Shown here in pieces: positions 50,602 to 63,055 of a DNA stretch of 64,000 nucleotides (its first letter is position 1; every line of letters begins with the position of its first letter). The notes below the pieces were generated by a model. That model did not search any database and was not told the origin of the DNA. It saw nothing but the letters and a program-made list of their open reading frames with translations. The DNA lies in the NCBI GenBank assembly GCA_002633005.1, contig NMRA01000150.1, positions 654,453-718,452 on the forward strand. The letters are read 5' to 3'. Origin of the DNA: Phoronis australis. Lineage: Eukaryota > Animalia > Phoronida. A program made the position numbers and the translations under genes.

Positions 50602-50794
50602 GTGCAATTAATATTATAGAATAATGAATATTTGAGTTCATCAAAAACTTGATAATTTAAGCTGAGTTTACGCCCATGCTTGTGTTGGTCTCTCCCCTCT
50701 CTCCCCTCTCCCCTGTCTCCCCTCTCTGCTGTCGCTTTTGTTGTTCACACTCGACACATTCCTTTTACTATACAGTGATCCAATCTATTTTCAG

Positions 50795-50915
50795 TGGCTA
50801 CTTGCATGGTCATGTCTCCTACCTTGACCCCAAGTGTGATACATGTCTTATTCTGCTCACCGTTGACAGAGACATGTTCTTTACACTGTCTGACTGCAGG
50901 AATAGAATAATGGAG
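50795..50915 (+). CDS. MON1: MON1 coding exon 5
   Basis: GYLHGHVSYL...FFTLSDC; AG/GT. Confidence 0.96.
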
Positions 50916-50954
50916 GTGAGTTCCTCTCTATACTAATACAAAATCAGCTCTTGG

Positions 50955-51100
50955 ATAAGGCAGATATAAGGAGGGTCCAACCATAAGGCAGGTCTAAGGA
51001 GGGTCAGACCATAAGTCAGGTCTAAGGAGGGTCAGACCATAAGTTAGGTCTAAGGAGGGTCAGACCATAAGTTAGGTCTAAGGAGGGTCAGACCATAAGT
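50955..51100. repeat. 28-bp array about 40 bp after the MON1 exon-5 donor
   Basis: GGAGGGTCAGACCATAAGTTAGGTCTAA, about 5 copies. Confidence 0.92.
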
Positions 51101-52565
51101 TGTCAAGTCCCTGGAATGTGAGAAAATGTAAATCTTTGTGGAAATTTTCTATCATCTGACTGTTGCATTGTGGGATTAGTCGAAATTAAAATAATGTGTT
51201 TTCATATCAGTTCTGTCTGTATTTCCAGCAAATGTGTAACTCTTGATGCTCAAAACTATCCATGCAACCACTGTAAAACTGAAATTTAGTGAACGGATGA
51301 ACTCCCATTTTACTGGTAAATAAAAACATTCATTTCCTAATTTTGAACACTAATTGTTTGTTAAGTGTCTTGTATGTACATGCCCCTTACTCACTATAAG
51401 GAAAGTTGCCTGTGCCTTCTGGGTGTGCTTTTTAAGTGAGGGTTAAATCCCCGTGGTAACCAAAATTGTTGTTGTTGTCTTGGTTTCAAAGTGTTCTGTG
51501 TTATTCTCTGCTTTAAACCACCCAATTTTCTTGTGATTTCACTTTGACCAGTCTAAGTAGGGAGTGTGGGGTTAACTAGTGAACCCAGGACTGTCTTGAA
51601 TGAATGTTGGCTTCAACCTGGTCACCCCTGCAGTTGCAGTAAACTACTCCACATGGCTTTGCATTTCCTGCTCCTCATGGAGGCTACAAACCGAGAGTCG
51701 ACTCAATGAACTGAAAAACTTTGCCTTTATAAAACACCGGGAATTTTTGTGTCTAGTAAGGGTAATTTCTTTTGATGTCTAGATGTTGGGTAATGAAGCC
51801 AGTAATTTCCCTAAAATCAATGAATCACTCGACTTTACATGTCATGACTTAACTATGTCAACTGTCAAATTTTATGATCATAAAACCTTCGACTGTCTGC
51901 TTGAGTTGAAACTGATTCTAGCCTTGAGGGGATTTTTTGTTATTTGAAGGGAAGTTTTGGATCTGTTGAGAATAAGTTTGTGTTTTTTCAATGTTTTCTG
52001 TGTCAAAACACTTCTGGACCCACTTAACATATTTGTGTCATGCCAAAAGTATTAGTCGGTGTCATCCCTTACATTAATAATTTGTTAATATGGCATTCTG
52101 TTATCCTATCCCAGTAAATTATGGAGTCACATGGACACAGTTTCAGTTCAGTTATTTATTGAAATTGAAAATTGTGTTACTTTGCATTGTATTTACTTAC
52201 CAGGCTCAGTAAAGGTATGCCAATGATCACAGCTGAGCTTCCACAGGACATGTGGAACTGACCACAAGTTATTCTGTACATGCATTGCAGAGGGGAAATG
52301 ACGTTTCACCTTGAAGTCAACACTTGTCACTTGATTAGACACAATGAACACAATGTTGGACACTGACCTTATAGTCACCACTTGTCACTTGATTAGACAC
52401 AATGAACAGAATGTTGGAAATTCTGAGCAGGCTTCATAATGGAGTCAGAGTGGAATTGATAAATGGATTATTATATACTAGTTTTGACACTTGGAACTAT
52501 GCACTGCCTGTTCACTACTAGTAGTAATGATACCAGGCTTAGTGTTCATCTCATTTACTTTTCAG

Positions 52566-52847
52566 AGGTTGATTCGTCACAACTGTCTTCAAGCAATCAG
52601 TGAATCACTGGCTCAACACAGTTACAGTATAACTCAAGTTGACATTCCTGACTTGCGTCACTTTATGTACAAGTCACGGAGCACTGCTCAATACACCAGC
52701 CCTGAGCTAGAGTCCCCGTACAACACGAGTGAGGAGAGAGAACGTCTATATGGACTGTATCTTTACTTACATCATAGAATACACAGTCCAGCCAGACCTA
52801 TGAAGATACTGTTTCAAGTAGCTGACCACGAGACTCTATTAGGATGG
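52566..52847 (+). CDS. MON1: MON1 coding exon 6
   Basis: IPDLRHFMYKSRSTAQYTSP...ETLLGW; AG/GT. Confidence 0.96.
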
Positions 52848-52869
52848 GTGAGCATGTGTGTCGTAGCTA

Positions 52870-52958
52870 AGTGTCACCCAAAGGTGGTCACACCAAAGGG
52901 GGTCACACCAAAGGGGGTCACACCAAAGGGGGTCACATCAAGGGGTGTTACACCAAAG
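52870..52958. repeat. 15-bp array about 22 bp after the MON1 exon-6 donor
   Basis: GGGGTCACACCAAAG, about 6 copies. Confidence 0.92.
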
Positions 52959-53202
52959 TTTGTTTGTAATGTTCTTTGCCCACTATAATACAAATCAAAC
53001 AGAGATGCATTTTGCCTCATTGTTGTGAGATGCTGTATTTTCTCAAAAAAGTTGTGGACATCTGTTTCAAAAGTTAGAGGCAATGAAAAAAAATTATGTA
53101 ATTTCCACTGCACTAGAAACAATTAGACATTAGTGTGCATAATTAGCTGTAATAAAATGGCATGCTAGTTTATTCATTTTATTGTTTTCAATTATTTTGT
53201 TA

Positions 53203-54703
53203 TTTTATTACATATAAATATGTGGGCGCATATTGCTGTCATCTCTGTCTGGCGTCCGCATCTCCTAAACCCCTTGCAGGATCTTATTGAAATTTGGCAG
53301 GTGTGTTCCTTTGGGGTTAACGACAGAGGGCGACGAGTTTCGGACCGACCCGTATACCGCTGTGCCCCCTAGTGGCAAGTTAAGTTTTTTACGTTTGCCT
53401 CTGTATCTTCAAAGGTCCTCATCTGATTTTCATAAAATTTGGCGCATAGGCATCTATTAATGAGGTGACGATATCCTTTCGTTTTCAGATGGACTCAAAG
53501 TATTTTGCGCCACCTAGTGGCCATTTTTGTTCTTTACGAGTCTGTTTTTTGGCGTCGGTCACTCCATCAACCAAACCGCGCAAAGGATGATTGCGAAAAT
53601 TGTCATGTATGTTCTTACTATGAAGTGGATGTTGATGATGGTTTTCTGACAACTTCAACTACAGTGGCGCCTCCTAGTGGCAATTTTGTGGGTTTTTTTG
53701 CGCCTATGGCTGTATCTCCTAAACCGTTTTCAGGATCTTTATTAAATTTAGTAAGTGTATTTATGTTAGTAACACAGGACGACGACTTTTGGACAGATCT
53801 GAGTACTGGTGTGCCACCTTGTGGCAATTTTATTTTTTACGTTTACCTCTGTATCTTCAAAGATCCTCAATGTATTTTCATAAAATTTGGCATACAGGCA
53901 TCTGTTAATGATGTGACGCTATCTCTCCATTTTCAGATGGATTCGACCTAGTTTGTTCCACCTAGTGGCCATTTTTACTGTTTTTGAGTTTGTTTTTTTG
54001 GCATCCACTCATCTATCAACCAAACCGCTTTCAGGATAATTGTGAAAATTGGCATGTATGTTTTAACTATGAAGTGGATGGCTGACGGTTTTCAGACGAC
54101 TTCGACAACTGTGGCGCCTCCTCTTGGCAGTTTTTTTAACCCTCATGGCTGTATTTCCTAAACAGTTTGGAGGATCTTTACTTAATTTAGCAAGGGTATT
54201 TCTATGATGTTGATAACGGACAACGACGACTTTCAGACGTATGTGACCACTGATGTGCCCCCTAGTGGCCATTTTTGCTGTTTTCAAACCCTGGTTTTGG
54301 CGTCCACCCCTCTGTCAACCAAATCCTTCTAGGGATGGTTTTGAAAATTGAAATGTTCTGAGTGTGAAGAGGACATTTGATGATGGCGACTGACAACTGT
54401 AGTAGTTTTGTTTTGTTTCGCGCCCATAGCTGTATTAAGATAACAACAGAGCACGACGACTTTCAGACGGATCCAACGGATGCTGTGCCCACAACTGCCA
54501 TTTTCATTTTATTCTGTTTTCCTTTGTTTCTCTGAAGTTCCTTGACCGATTTTTATAAAATATGACATGTTCCCGTTTTTTGGATTGATTGTACGTTTTT
54601 GCGCCATCTAGTAGCCATTTTTATGATACAAATAAATAACACTAAAAGCACACCATTTGTGATGCATTTGTGGGCGCATTTCAATGCTCCGCGTTGCTCT
54701 TGT
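53203..54703 (+). mobile_element. Helentron-associated (HINE/DINE-1-like) element with internal long repeats
   Basis: T-rich start, TGTGGGCGCAT near both ends, 3' hairpin then CTTGT; internal repeats with TTTCATAAAATTTGG and GCCCCCTAGTGG. Confidence 0.65.
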
Positions 54704-55257
54704 CTTCAATTAATGACATCCTCTTAACTTTTATTTTATCTTCAATTAATGATGTCCACAGCACATGAACCTATGCTCCTTGGGAATTGTGCTAAAGTTA
54801 TCTGAAACATATTCCAATCACAAACACAATCCACTGTTTTCTTTTATTCTTTTATGTTGATAATAATTTTAAATCATCAGGTAATTATACTTAATTGCAT
54901 CTTTTTAGCCATCTAGACAAGGGGAAATTTAGCTTTGAAATTTTATTTTGCATATTTTTGGCAAGTTTGCATCCCAATTTTCATCAAGTATCAATCAGTA
55001 TAAAATTTTTGGTCTTCAAAAGGATGTCCAAAATATTTCAAGTTCATCACTTGTTAACAGTGTATATCCAAGCAGCTTACTTCACCAAACTTTCTTGCGA
55101 CATTCTATGGCTGAGTGAGGCTACTTTGGGCAGCAAAAGTTCTGCCACTTTTTCCGAAAGACCACCTTTTTGAATGCCAAGTCAATTCCCTAAATAGCTC
55201 CCTACCTGTATGTGTGATCAGATGTTTGTCATGTGTTAAATGTTTAATTTTCAACAG

Positions 55258-55398
55258 GTAACCTCAGGCTTTGAGTTGTACGCTGTGTTTGGCCCACTCG
55301 TCACCAAACAGACTGCCATTGGCTCAATCAACAAACTCCTCAAGTGGATCAAGAAAGAAGAAGATAGGTTGTTTATACTCAATGCACCTACATTTTAA
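55258..55398 (+). CDS. MON1: MON1 coding exon 7 (terminal)
   Basis: VTSGFELYAVFGPLVTK...LLKWIKKEEDRLFILNAPTF*; all phases close, total CDS 1629 nt. Confidence 0.96.
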   Translation, partial: VTSGFELYAVFGPLVTKQTAIGSINKLLKWIKKEEDRLFILNAPTF

Positions 55399-56227
55399 TG
55401 TACAGTCGTCGAATTAGAGCAAAAAATCAGACTTGGAAGACTGGGAGGGATTTAATGTGGTTTATAGCTTTCCCTGTGACAATGCAAGTTCTGTGTTTGT
55501 TGTACATCGATTGCAAGTGGCACACTCTGCTTCTTAACTAGAACTAAATAGTGTTATTATAGTATTCATTGGAGTTATGGGATATGAAATACTTGAAGGA
55601 TTTCCAATTTCTCTCTAAGTAAATGAACACTTAATATGGTGTCATTAATTCACAAGTCTTCATGTATTTCTGTCGTTCTTCACCTGCCCTCTGTTGGACA
55701 TCTACTGGCTTTATAGGCATGATTAATGATACATTTCACTAAGCCACGTTATGTACTCTCACTGGATTTCATCTGTTACTAATAAAATAGCATATGTGAA
55801 TCATTTCTGAAATTAAATCCTGTTGTTTTGGCAGGTTTACTGGTGGGCATTGAAACTATTATCCTTTTATCAATGAAGTCTTTGTGTCACTAGAAGCTTG
55901 GCTTTAGCATTAACTGGACCTGTATCTTCACAAGTGTATTCGTCAAACAGAGTGTTCTCATGACAATATCCTATGTTACTGCAAGGGTTATGTCTTGAGC
56001 TGTCTGCTTCAAGGAGTGGTCTTTAAATGATTTGTAAAACCTGAACCTGGTTACAAGTCACCGAACCTTTTGACCCAACCGTTTGTCACCTGATGTTTTT
56101 AAACAGCAATTAAAAGTGCAGTTTGCTTGTACACTACTTCCAAAATCAAATACTGAGGTGTTAGTTCTAGTTGGTTTGAAACTTGTATCATCAGTCATGC
56201 TAAGTCTGTTCAATTGATGTTGATCCC

Positions 56228-56233
56228 AATAAA
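56228..56233 (+). terminator. Candidate MON1 polyadenylation signal
   Basis: AATAAA followed by a T-rich tract; another AATAAA at 55781-55786. Confidence 0.45.
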
Positions 56234-56399
56234 GTGTTATAATATGTTAATTTATCACTTTAGTTCACTGTTCATTTACATCTAACACCCGGGACATTTC
56301 GCTGCTGCATAGTTGTCAATCATTGAATCTTATGAAATCGCTTTGGGGTTTTAAAGCACTACCAGGCATATCCGATCTGGATTTTCTGTCAAATGGGCC

Positions 56400-56805
56400 C
56401 ACAACTTAAGTCATACTAAAATGACTACATGAGCAGGACGCACGAGGTGACCTGGACAAACGCTGCCAACTGACTACATGTGCACACAACTTAAGTCATA
56501 CTCAACTGACTGCATGACCAGTACACACAACGTGACCAGGACACGCTGCCAACTGACTACATGTACGCACAACTTAGAGGGGCGGATCCGTGATTTTGAG
56601 TTGGGGGGTAGGGGCAGGGCAGAGTATTAGCCAGGATTTTGCCCGTCAAACATTCGCACCGCCGAACTGCCAAAAGGAATCGGGGAGAATTTTAGGGAGG
56701 CCATGCCACCCCTCTAAATCCGCCACTGACAAGTCGTACTCAACTGACTACATGATCAGGACACACATTGCCAACTGACTACATGACCAGGGCACACGTT
56801 GCCAA
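56400..56805 (+). repeat. ~31-bp minisatellite
   Basis: CAACTGACTACATGACCAGGACACACGCTGC-like units. Confidence 0.85.
56576..56728. mobile_element. Small GGGGCGGATC/AATCCGCCACTG-type MITE inside a minisatellite
   Basis: Inverted ends; related ends near 17140-17155 and 62190-62207. Confidence 0.55.
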
Positions 56806-57069
56806 ATCACTATTCTTGGTCAACCACAATAAACACTGAAGCGTTTTCTCCAATACCCGATTGTACCAACTGTCTTGTTTGTATGGAAATAGAATTCTGT
56901 CAGGGTAAGGAATAGCATGAAAACAATTTTGATTTTCCTCTTTAGCCACCTAAACGGCGAAATGCAGTTTTATTTAGTCATTTTAACATAGAACCCACGA
57001 ATAGTAATTTTTCTCTGAAACGAGGCGTGAACAACATGAAGGGTTGTTTACATTCCAATCGCTAGTTCA

Positions 57070-57197
57070 CATGGGAGGCGCACCATAGGGGGCTGGGAGA
57101 GTCTACAGCCCCCTACTTTTTTCAGTGCTGCGCTGCCCATGGTCTATGGGCTCTGGTGGCTATAGCCCCACTTTTTTTCAGAGCTGCACCGCCCATG
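57070..57197. mobile_element. 128-bp MITE with CATGGG termini and 5-bp TSD
   Basis: CATGGGAGGCGCA / TGCACCGCCCATG; TSD GTTCA. Confidence 0.8.
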
Positions 57198-58834
57198 GTT
57201 CATGGACCAGATTAGCCGTTCAAAACAGTTTTCTAACTGCAAACGGTGGAAGATTGCCGCTAAATTCAATTATAAAGTAATTATGTTTTACCATGATCAG
57301 GGTTCGTCACCACGGGCTCCGTGGTAACTCTTCCGGTTCTCGTGGACCATTGTTAATTGATGCATGGTTGACATTCCAATGCCAAAATCAAACTAATGCA
57401 TGGTTCATGTCGCTGAAGTACTTACTCGTAGTAACAGTTCAAGGGATTTTTGTATGTTTCTGTGGCCCAGAATATGTTACGGGACAATAGCTTAAAGGCT
57501 GCAATCAAGTCATACCTGTAGTCGGTTACTGAAACGAGAGGACGAGTATGCGGGACCAACTACAACATAAGTTGCCGCGACGTACTGCACAGAACTTGAA
57601 TTTGCCTTGTGGGATTGCTGCAGATAAGTGTTTACATTGGCATTTGTAAAAAATAACCAGTAATGAATGTCTCACTAAACAAATCCGCGTAACTGGTTTG
57701 CAGACAACACCGCCACTTTTTGTCATTCTGTACCCATTTGTTAATTCTTTGAGCGATGTTTGACTTACCTTCAGTTCGATAGTTCTCCCTCCGCAAAGTG
57801 ATATATTGACTATTCCGGCACATTGCGCGCGCATAAATGACAACGAGTGACTTTACAGAACTTGATGGCTTTCTTGAGAAACTTCGTTGTTGAGCAAAAC
57901 GGAAAGAGACAAAATACCGCATAAACAACATTTAATGTTGGTATATTACGAGAACAGTCAGAATGAGCACAAAACAATACATTTACAACTATCAATTTGT
58001 CAATGCCAAATGGCCTTTGTCCTTTGACACAAACAAGATCCTGGGAAGTTAGAATTTGTATACTTATACAATGTAAACGAACGATTGCATGCCCGTAGGA
58101 AGGAAAATACTATTGGGGGGCACAAACCAATCTGACTTCGCTAACCTACCCCCNCATACTGTACCGAGCCCCCCCCCCCCACGTCCGCCATAGGTGGGGG
58201 TAATACCGAGGATGCAGCCATCAGGATTTGAGTAAACGTGAATCAGCAAAGTTTCACGGAGAGTAAGAATGGGTCTAGGTCCAGCGTACTGACGGGTAGC
58301 TCGAAGCTGCCTGAAGTGACTATAGCTGGGCTCCAACATTGTATTCGCACCCGTATTCCTCTGCTGTGGATCAAAGGTCAAGGTTTGTTTTATGATCCAG
58401 TTTCGGGAAAACTTCATTTTATTATTGCCAGTCTTTGAAGTAATTTTTGAACAAAATGTTCGAGAAAAACGACACAAAATCCCCTAAAAAAAGCAAATCT
58501 TCGTATTCATAATTCATAGTCCTGAACGAACCATGTATTCCGTTTTTTTTTTTCTTTTCTTTAGTAAAAGGTCACATCCTCAACAATGTTAAGCTGATTG
58601 CGTGCATGCTGTGTCTGTAGTATGCACGGGAAATGCAAGCAAACGATTCCGTTTTGAAAGACAAAAATTCATTGTTCAACACTACTGAAAACTAAAAACA
58701 TCATAGAACTGCAAAGGGGATCTTTCCAAGTTGATGACCAATGAGTTAGATTTTATATATTTAAGTAATTAAACGTCTTTTTCGATCTACGGTTTGTAAA
58801 CTTAAACCCAGTAATCTAGTTTCTAAGCCAATAG

Positions 58835-59495
58835 ACAATTTATTGTCATTTGAAATGTGAAGAGGATTCTGGGATACTTTATAGAGCTGTCCGAAATTCA
58901 TCAATTTCGTTGAGAATTATTTCAGATAGGCAAAAAGCATTTAGCGTACTTTTATATTTGAGGATCTGATGATAGATCGAATTTTCCCGATGTCTGCTTG
59001 CAACTAAGTTCATTGAAGCATTCTCATTTCTACAAGATTAGCTTCTAATTGTCAAAAAAACTAATCCGTCAATCAGTCCACATTCATAGATACATAAACA
59101 TGTAAATCAGAATCCAACAATCAAATCCATGAGCAACGCGTTTACCTTTATTATTAAAATAACTCAATTCTGTTTTGACCTCCTGTTAGTGAGTTTAAAC
59201 AACAAAACTTGTACCGAAGTCAAAAAGCAATGTATTTATTGTCATTTGAAATGTGAGTAAATTTTTGGGAAGTGTCCAAATTCCATCAATGTCTTTGAGT
59301 GTTGTTTTAAACAGGCAAAAAGCGGCCAGGTGCACTTTACTATTTGGGGATCTGATTACATTTTTTTTCATATCCAGGCTACAACTAAATTCCCTGAATC
59401 GTCATCATTTCTTAAAAGATTAGCATCTAATTGTCAAAAAGCATCTATTAACCTGTCGGTTTTCGCAGATACATAAGCATGTAAATCAGAAAACA
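58835..59495. repeat. Diverged ~395-bp tandem duplication
   Basis: ATTTATTGTCATTTGAAATGTGA, AGATTAGC.TCTAATTGTCAAAAA and CATGTAAATCAGAA recur about 390 bp apart. Confidence 0.8.
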
Positions 59496-60204
59496 ACGAA
59501 TTTGTTTAATCAAAACGGAAATCAATGTTATAAGCAATGTCCGCAGCCATGCTCGCAGATTTTTGGCGGGTAACCCGGGGAAAATGGGAGATTGGGCATT
59601 CATAGTAAGGTGTATTTTTGCATACTACCGAGGTACCTATAACGGTTCACGAGTTTAACTTGACACCCCTCTCACAAAAAACGTTAAAATACCGTTCATT
59701 ATTGGGGGTATTTGTGTACACTCGATCACCCCAATAGTAGCCTCGACAGCAGAGTTTTACACATGTGGGAATTCCTTACAAACAAGTCATAGTAACCATT
59801 TTCAAAAGAGATACTATTCTTGTGGTACTATGGGAAACAGCAACATTACTTTAAAATTACATTATTTTTTGGCCATAGTACGATTAGAAAACGGACAATC
59901 TCTCACTCTTGGCATTTCACCGCATGGATGTGGAATGGTAATTGACACTTGTCCTACTGTACATATCCTGACGATGACTTATGAAAAGACGTAACGTTGA
60001 GTTAAAATGAACTGTTTTATTTGTGCGGCGATTGTACGTTTTATAATTATAATCCTTTTGTGTAATTAACACGTTCTTCAAAATTCCATCCTTTCGATGG
60101 TTGATCAATCCCATTGTATTTTTTCACATTTTTGTTTGGATCGAATGTCTTGACACTGCTGTGCTGTGCACGAATGTTGGTGCTCGAGAATACTTGGCAG
60201 TGTC

Positions 60205-60279
60205 CATGGGCGGCGCACCAAAGGGAGGGGGGGGGGGGCTTTAACCCCCCACACTTTTTTCAGTGCTGCACCGCCCATG
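60205..60279. mobile_element. 75-bp MITE, same family, 5-bp TSD
   Basis: CATGGGCGGCGCA / TGCACCGCCCATG; TSD GTGTC. Confidence 0.8.
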
Positions 60280-61340
60280 GTGTCGGATTTACATGCATAG
60301 ATGGACAAAGGGAAATTTACCCGAACTTCTTCACCGAGACAGGGTACCGTCTGAAATGGGACCCCTTAATTGTGTAAGACTAAACATCATTAAGCTTGGA
60401 AAAAAGTGACAGATCATTGCACCGTCGTGTGGTCACAAGACGTTTCAGGAAGTGATCCTCTTCAACATGAAAGTCAGTTGCACAATTTCACAAAAAACAG
60501 TAAACTAGACGTAATCAAGTCCAACATTGGACCCTCTATCAGTGAGCGGACCCTTAAGAATTTGTCAATAAAAACATAAAAAGGGGCCCCTCAAAATGAA
60601 TTTATCAATACTTTGAAAAATCAAGAAATGTGCAGAAAATTGATGATTATGATATCTGTCAGGGCATCAAGTGAGACACAATTCGAGAAAAAGCGACAGT
60701 TGTTCCCGTTATCCCTTACCAAAGAGGTGCGTCTGGAAAAATATGGTTTTGCAGTCGCAAAATTTTGACTTCGCTCTACAATTGTTTTGAAATATAATGC
60801 ATGAATAATTACATGCATGTCTTCAAGTGCGTTAAAACGACCTGTGCTGCGAAAGCGGAGACCTCAACAACAATGGCCTGGCCAGGGTCCCCAAAGGTAA
60901 ACCATGCACTGATGCAGAGTTGTTAAATGTTTCTCTTGATTTTTCTCTCTTATCCGAATTCAGCAGTCTTTCTTTTCTTAACTGTCCCCGCCCAACGCGT
61001 ATGTCGGTTGCCACGGTTGAACCCTGACGCCTGAAAATTTCTGGGGGGCCCGTACAACCCCCCCCCCCTCCGGCCCCCGCTTTCTACGGCCCTGGATAAA
61101 AGCGAAACTATGTCAAATCACACCGGTCAAAATACAAATGAATTCAGGCTCTAGAACTAACTAAATGAAACAGTTATGCGAAATGCAAAATTCCAGGTCA
61201 CGGGAAAACGCCCAACGGAAGAAAATGCATATACGTCAGAGTAACTTAGGGCGCAAAGACCAAGAATCTGGAGACGAGAAAATGCAATGCACATACCTAA
61301 AAACAAATACAGATACAAACGTATGATTACATCAAGGAGT

Positions 61341-61511
61341 NNNNNNNNNNNNNNNNNNNNNNNNNNNNNNNNNNNNNNNNNNNNNNNNNNNNNNNNNNNN
61401 NNNNNNNNNNNNNNNNNNNNNNNNNNNNNNNNNNNNNNNNNNNNNNNNNNNNNNNNNNNNNNNNNNNNNNNNNNNNNNNNNNNNNNNNNNNNNNNNNNNN
61501 NNNNNNNNNNN
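61341..61511. other. Assembly gap (171 N)
   Basis: Run of N. Confidence 1.
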
Positions 61512-62241
61512 AGTGGCGCTGCGCACTACGACTCCGTTTCCGTCGTCTGCTCCACTGTGCAATGAAGAAAATTTACTTCATTTTTTAAAGAAAATGGAAC
61601 CTGAGTGACGATGAAAAAAACAGAAGCTGCTGGTAAGATGTGAATTTTAATCGAAGCCTTAGTGAATCACTCAGAAACCTGCAATACTCTCTTTGTCAAA
61701 CCTTATCTTAAGACGATTTCCAAAGCAATTCTGTCATTATTGCCAACACGAAAAATGGATTTGGTCTTTTGGGCATTTAAGACTATTTCAAATACGACAA
61801 ATTTGTTAAGAATTGATGGCACAAAATATGAAACGTGTAATAAGCATTACAAAAAGAAGTAAGTTTCGCGCGCAAACGCTGTGGCCCATAAACAAGTAGG
61901 TCTTTTAATATTAGACTATACGCCAGGTCGTGAGTTCGAGTCTTTGGTACGTGCATTTTTTCCTGTTTGACACGTTCTCCGTCTTTTTTTGCCTTTTTCA
62001 TGGATAATACTTCAGGAATCAAGGAAAATGCTTGAGTTTTAGAGGTAAAAACAGAAAAATTTCCTGGGTGGGAGGGGGTTTGCCCCCCTCCCGACCTCTC
62101 CCCATTCGGTGCTATGCGCATCTACAATCGTGGTTCGGTTTGCGCAAATGCTTCCAGCCGGACAAAATGTTGGGCCCCTCCCTTGTGATATCCTAGATCC
62201 GCCACTGACCACCGAGTAAAATGTACATGATATCACACTCG

Positions 62242-62460
62242 TCAGTCATTAATTTTCATGGAACTAAGCAAAAGAACTAATTTATTTACAGGATGCAAAA
62301 AAGTTGACGTCAACGTTTTAAGATGACTGCTCCTTACATTGTGATCCATCACCAATTCTGTCACTCGACCCATATTCCAGTCTCTCCTGTGAAAGCCTTC
62401 CTCCTTGATGAGTACATCATTCACCTTCAGATTGCGACTCGGAACTTGCCACTTAGTATA
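62242..62460 (-). mobile_element. BEL/Pao LTR retrotransposon polyprotein C-terminal (DUF5641-like) remnant
   Basis: KWQVPSRNLKVNDVLIKEE...WNMGRVTEL...VRS..LKT...PVNKLVLLL. Confidence 0.8.
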
Positions 62461-62474
62461 TTACGACATTGCAA

Positions 62475-63055
62475 TCAGTTGGCAGCGTGTGACCTAATCA
62501 TGTAATCAGTTGGCAGCGTGTGTCCTGATCAGGTCGTGTGTTCTAATCGTGTAGTTAGTTGGCAGCGACTTTCCTGTCACGTAGTCAGTTGTTATCGTGT
62601 GTGCTGGACCGGTAGACAGTTGGCACCGTGTATCCTGGATAGGTAGTCATTTGCCTGGCACCGTGTGTACTGGACGGGAAGTCAGTGGGCAGCGCGTGTC
62701 CTGGTCAACGGTACATGTATTTAGTTGACAGCGTCTGCACTGGACAGGTAGTCAAATAGCAGCGTGTGTTTTGGACAGGTAGTTATTTGGCACTCTGTGT
62801 CCTGCTCATGAAGTCAGTTGGCAGCGTGTTTCCTGGACAGGTAGTCAGTCAACAGCATGTTTTCTGGTCATGTAGTCAGTTGCCACGTATGTCCTAGTTA
62901 AGTAGCCAGTTGGCAGCGAGTATCCTGGACATGTAGTCAGTTGGCAGCGTGTGTCCTTGTCATCTAGTTAGTTGGCGTGTGTTTCCTTGTGATGTAGTCA
63001 ATTGGCAGCGTGTGTCTTGGACAGGTAGTCAGTTGGCACCGTGTGTCCTGGACAG
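62475..63055 (-). repeat. ~31-bp minisatellite, reverse complement of the 56400-56805 family
   Basis: GTAGTCAGTTGGCAGCGTGTGTCCTGG units. Confidence 0.88.

Noticed and set aside
61523-61862. CACTA/RAG-like terminus (CACTACG) and THAP-like ORF (CNKHY)
   Set aside because: No partner TIR or TSD, it lies next to a gap, and the other THAP residues are missing.
61875-61950. tRNA gene (B-box GTTCGAGTC)
   Set aside because: No convincing cloverleaf or acceptor stem; at most a degenerate SINE head.
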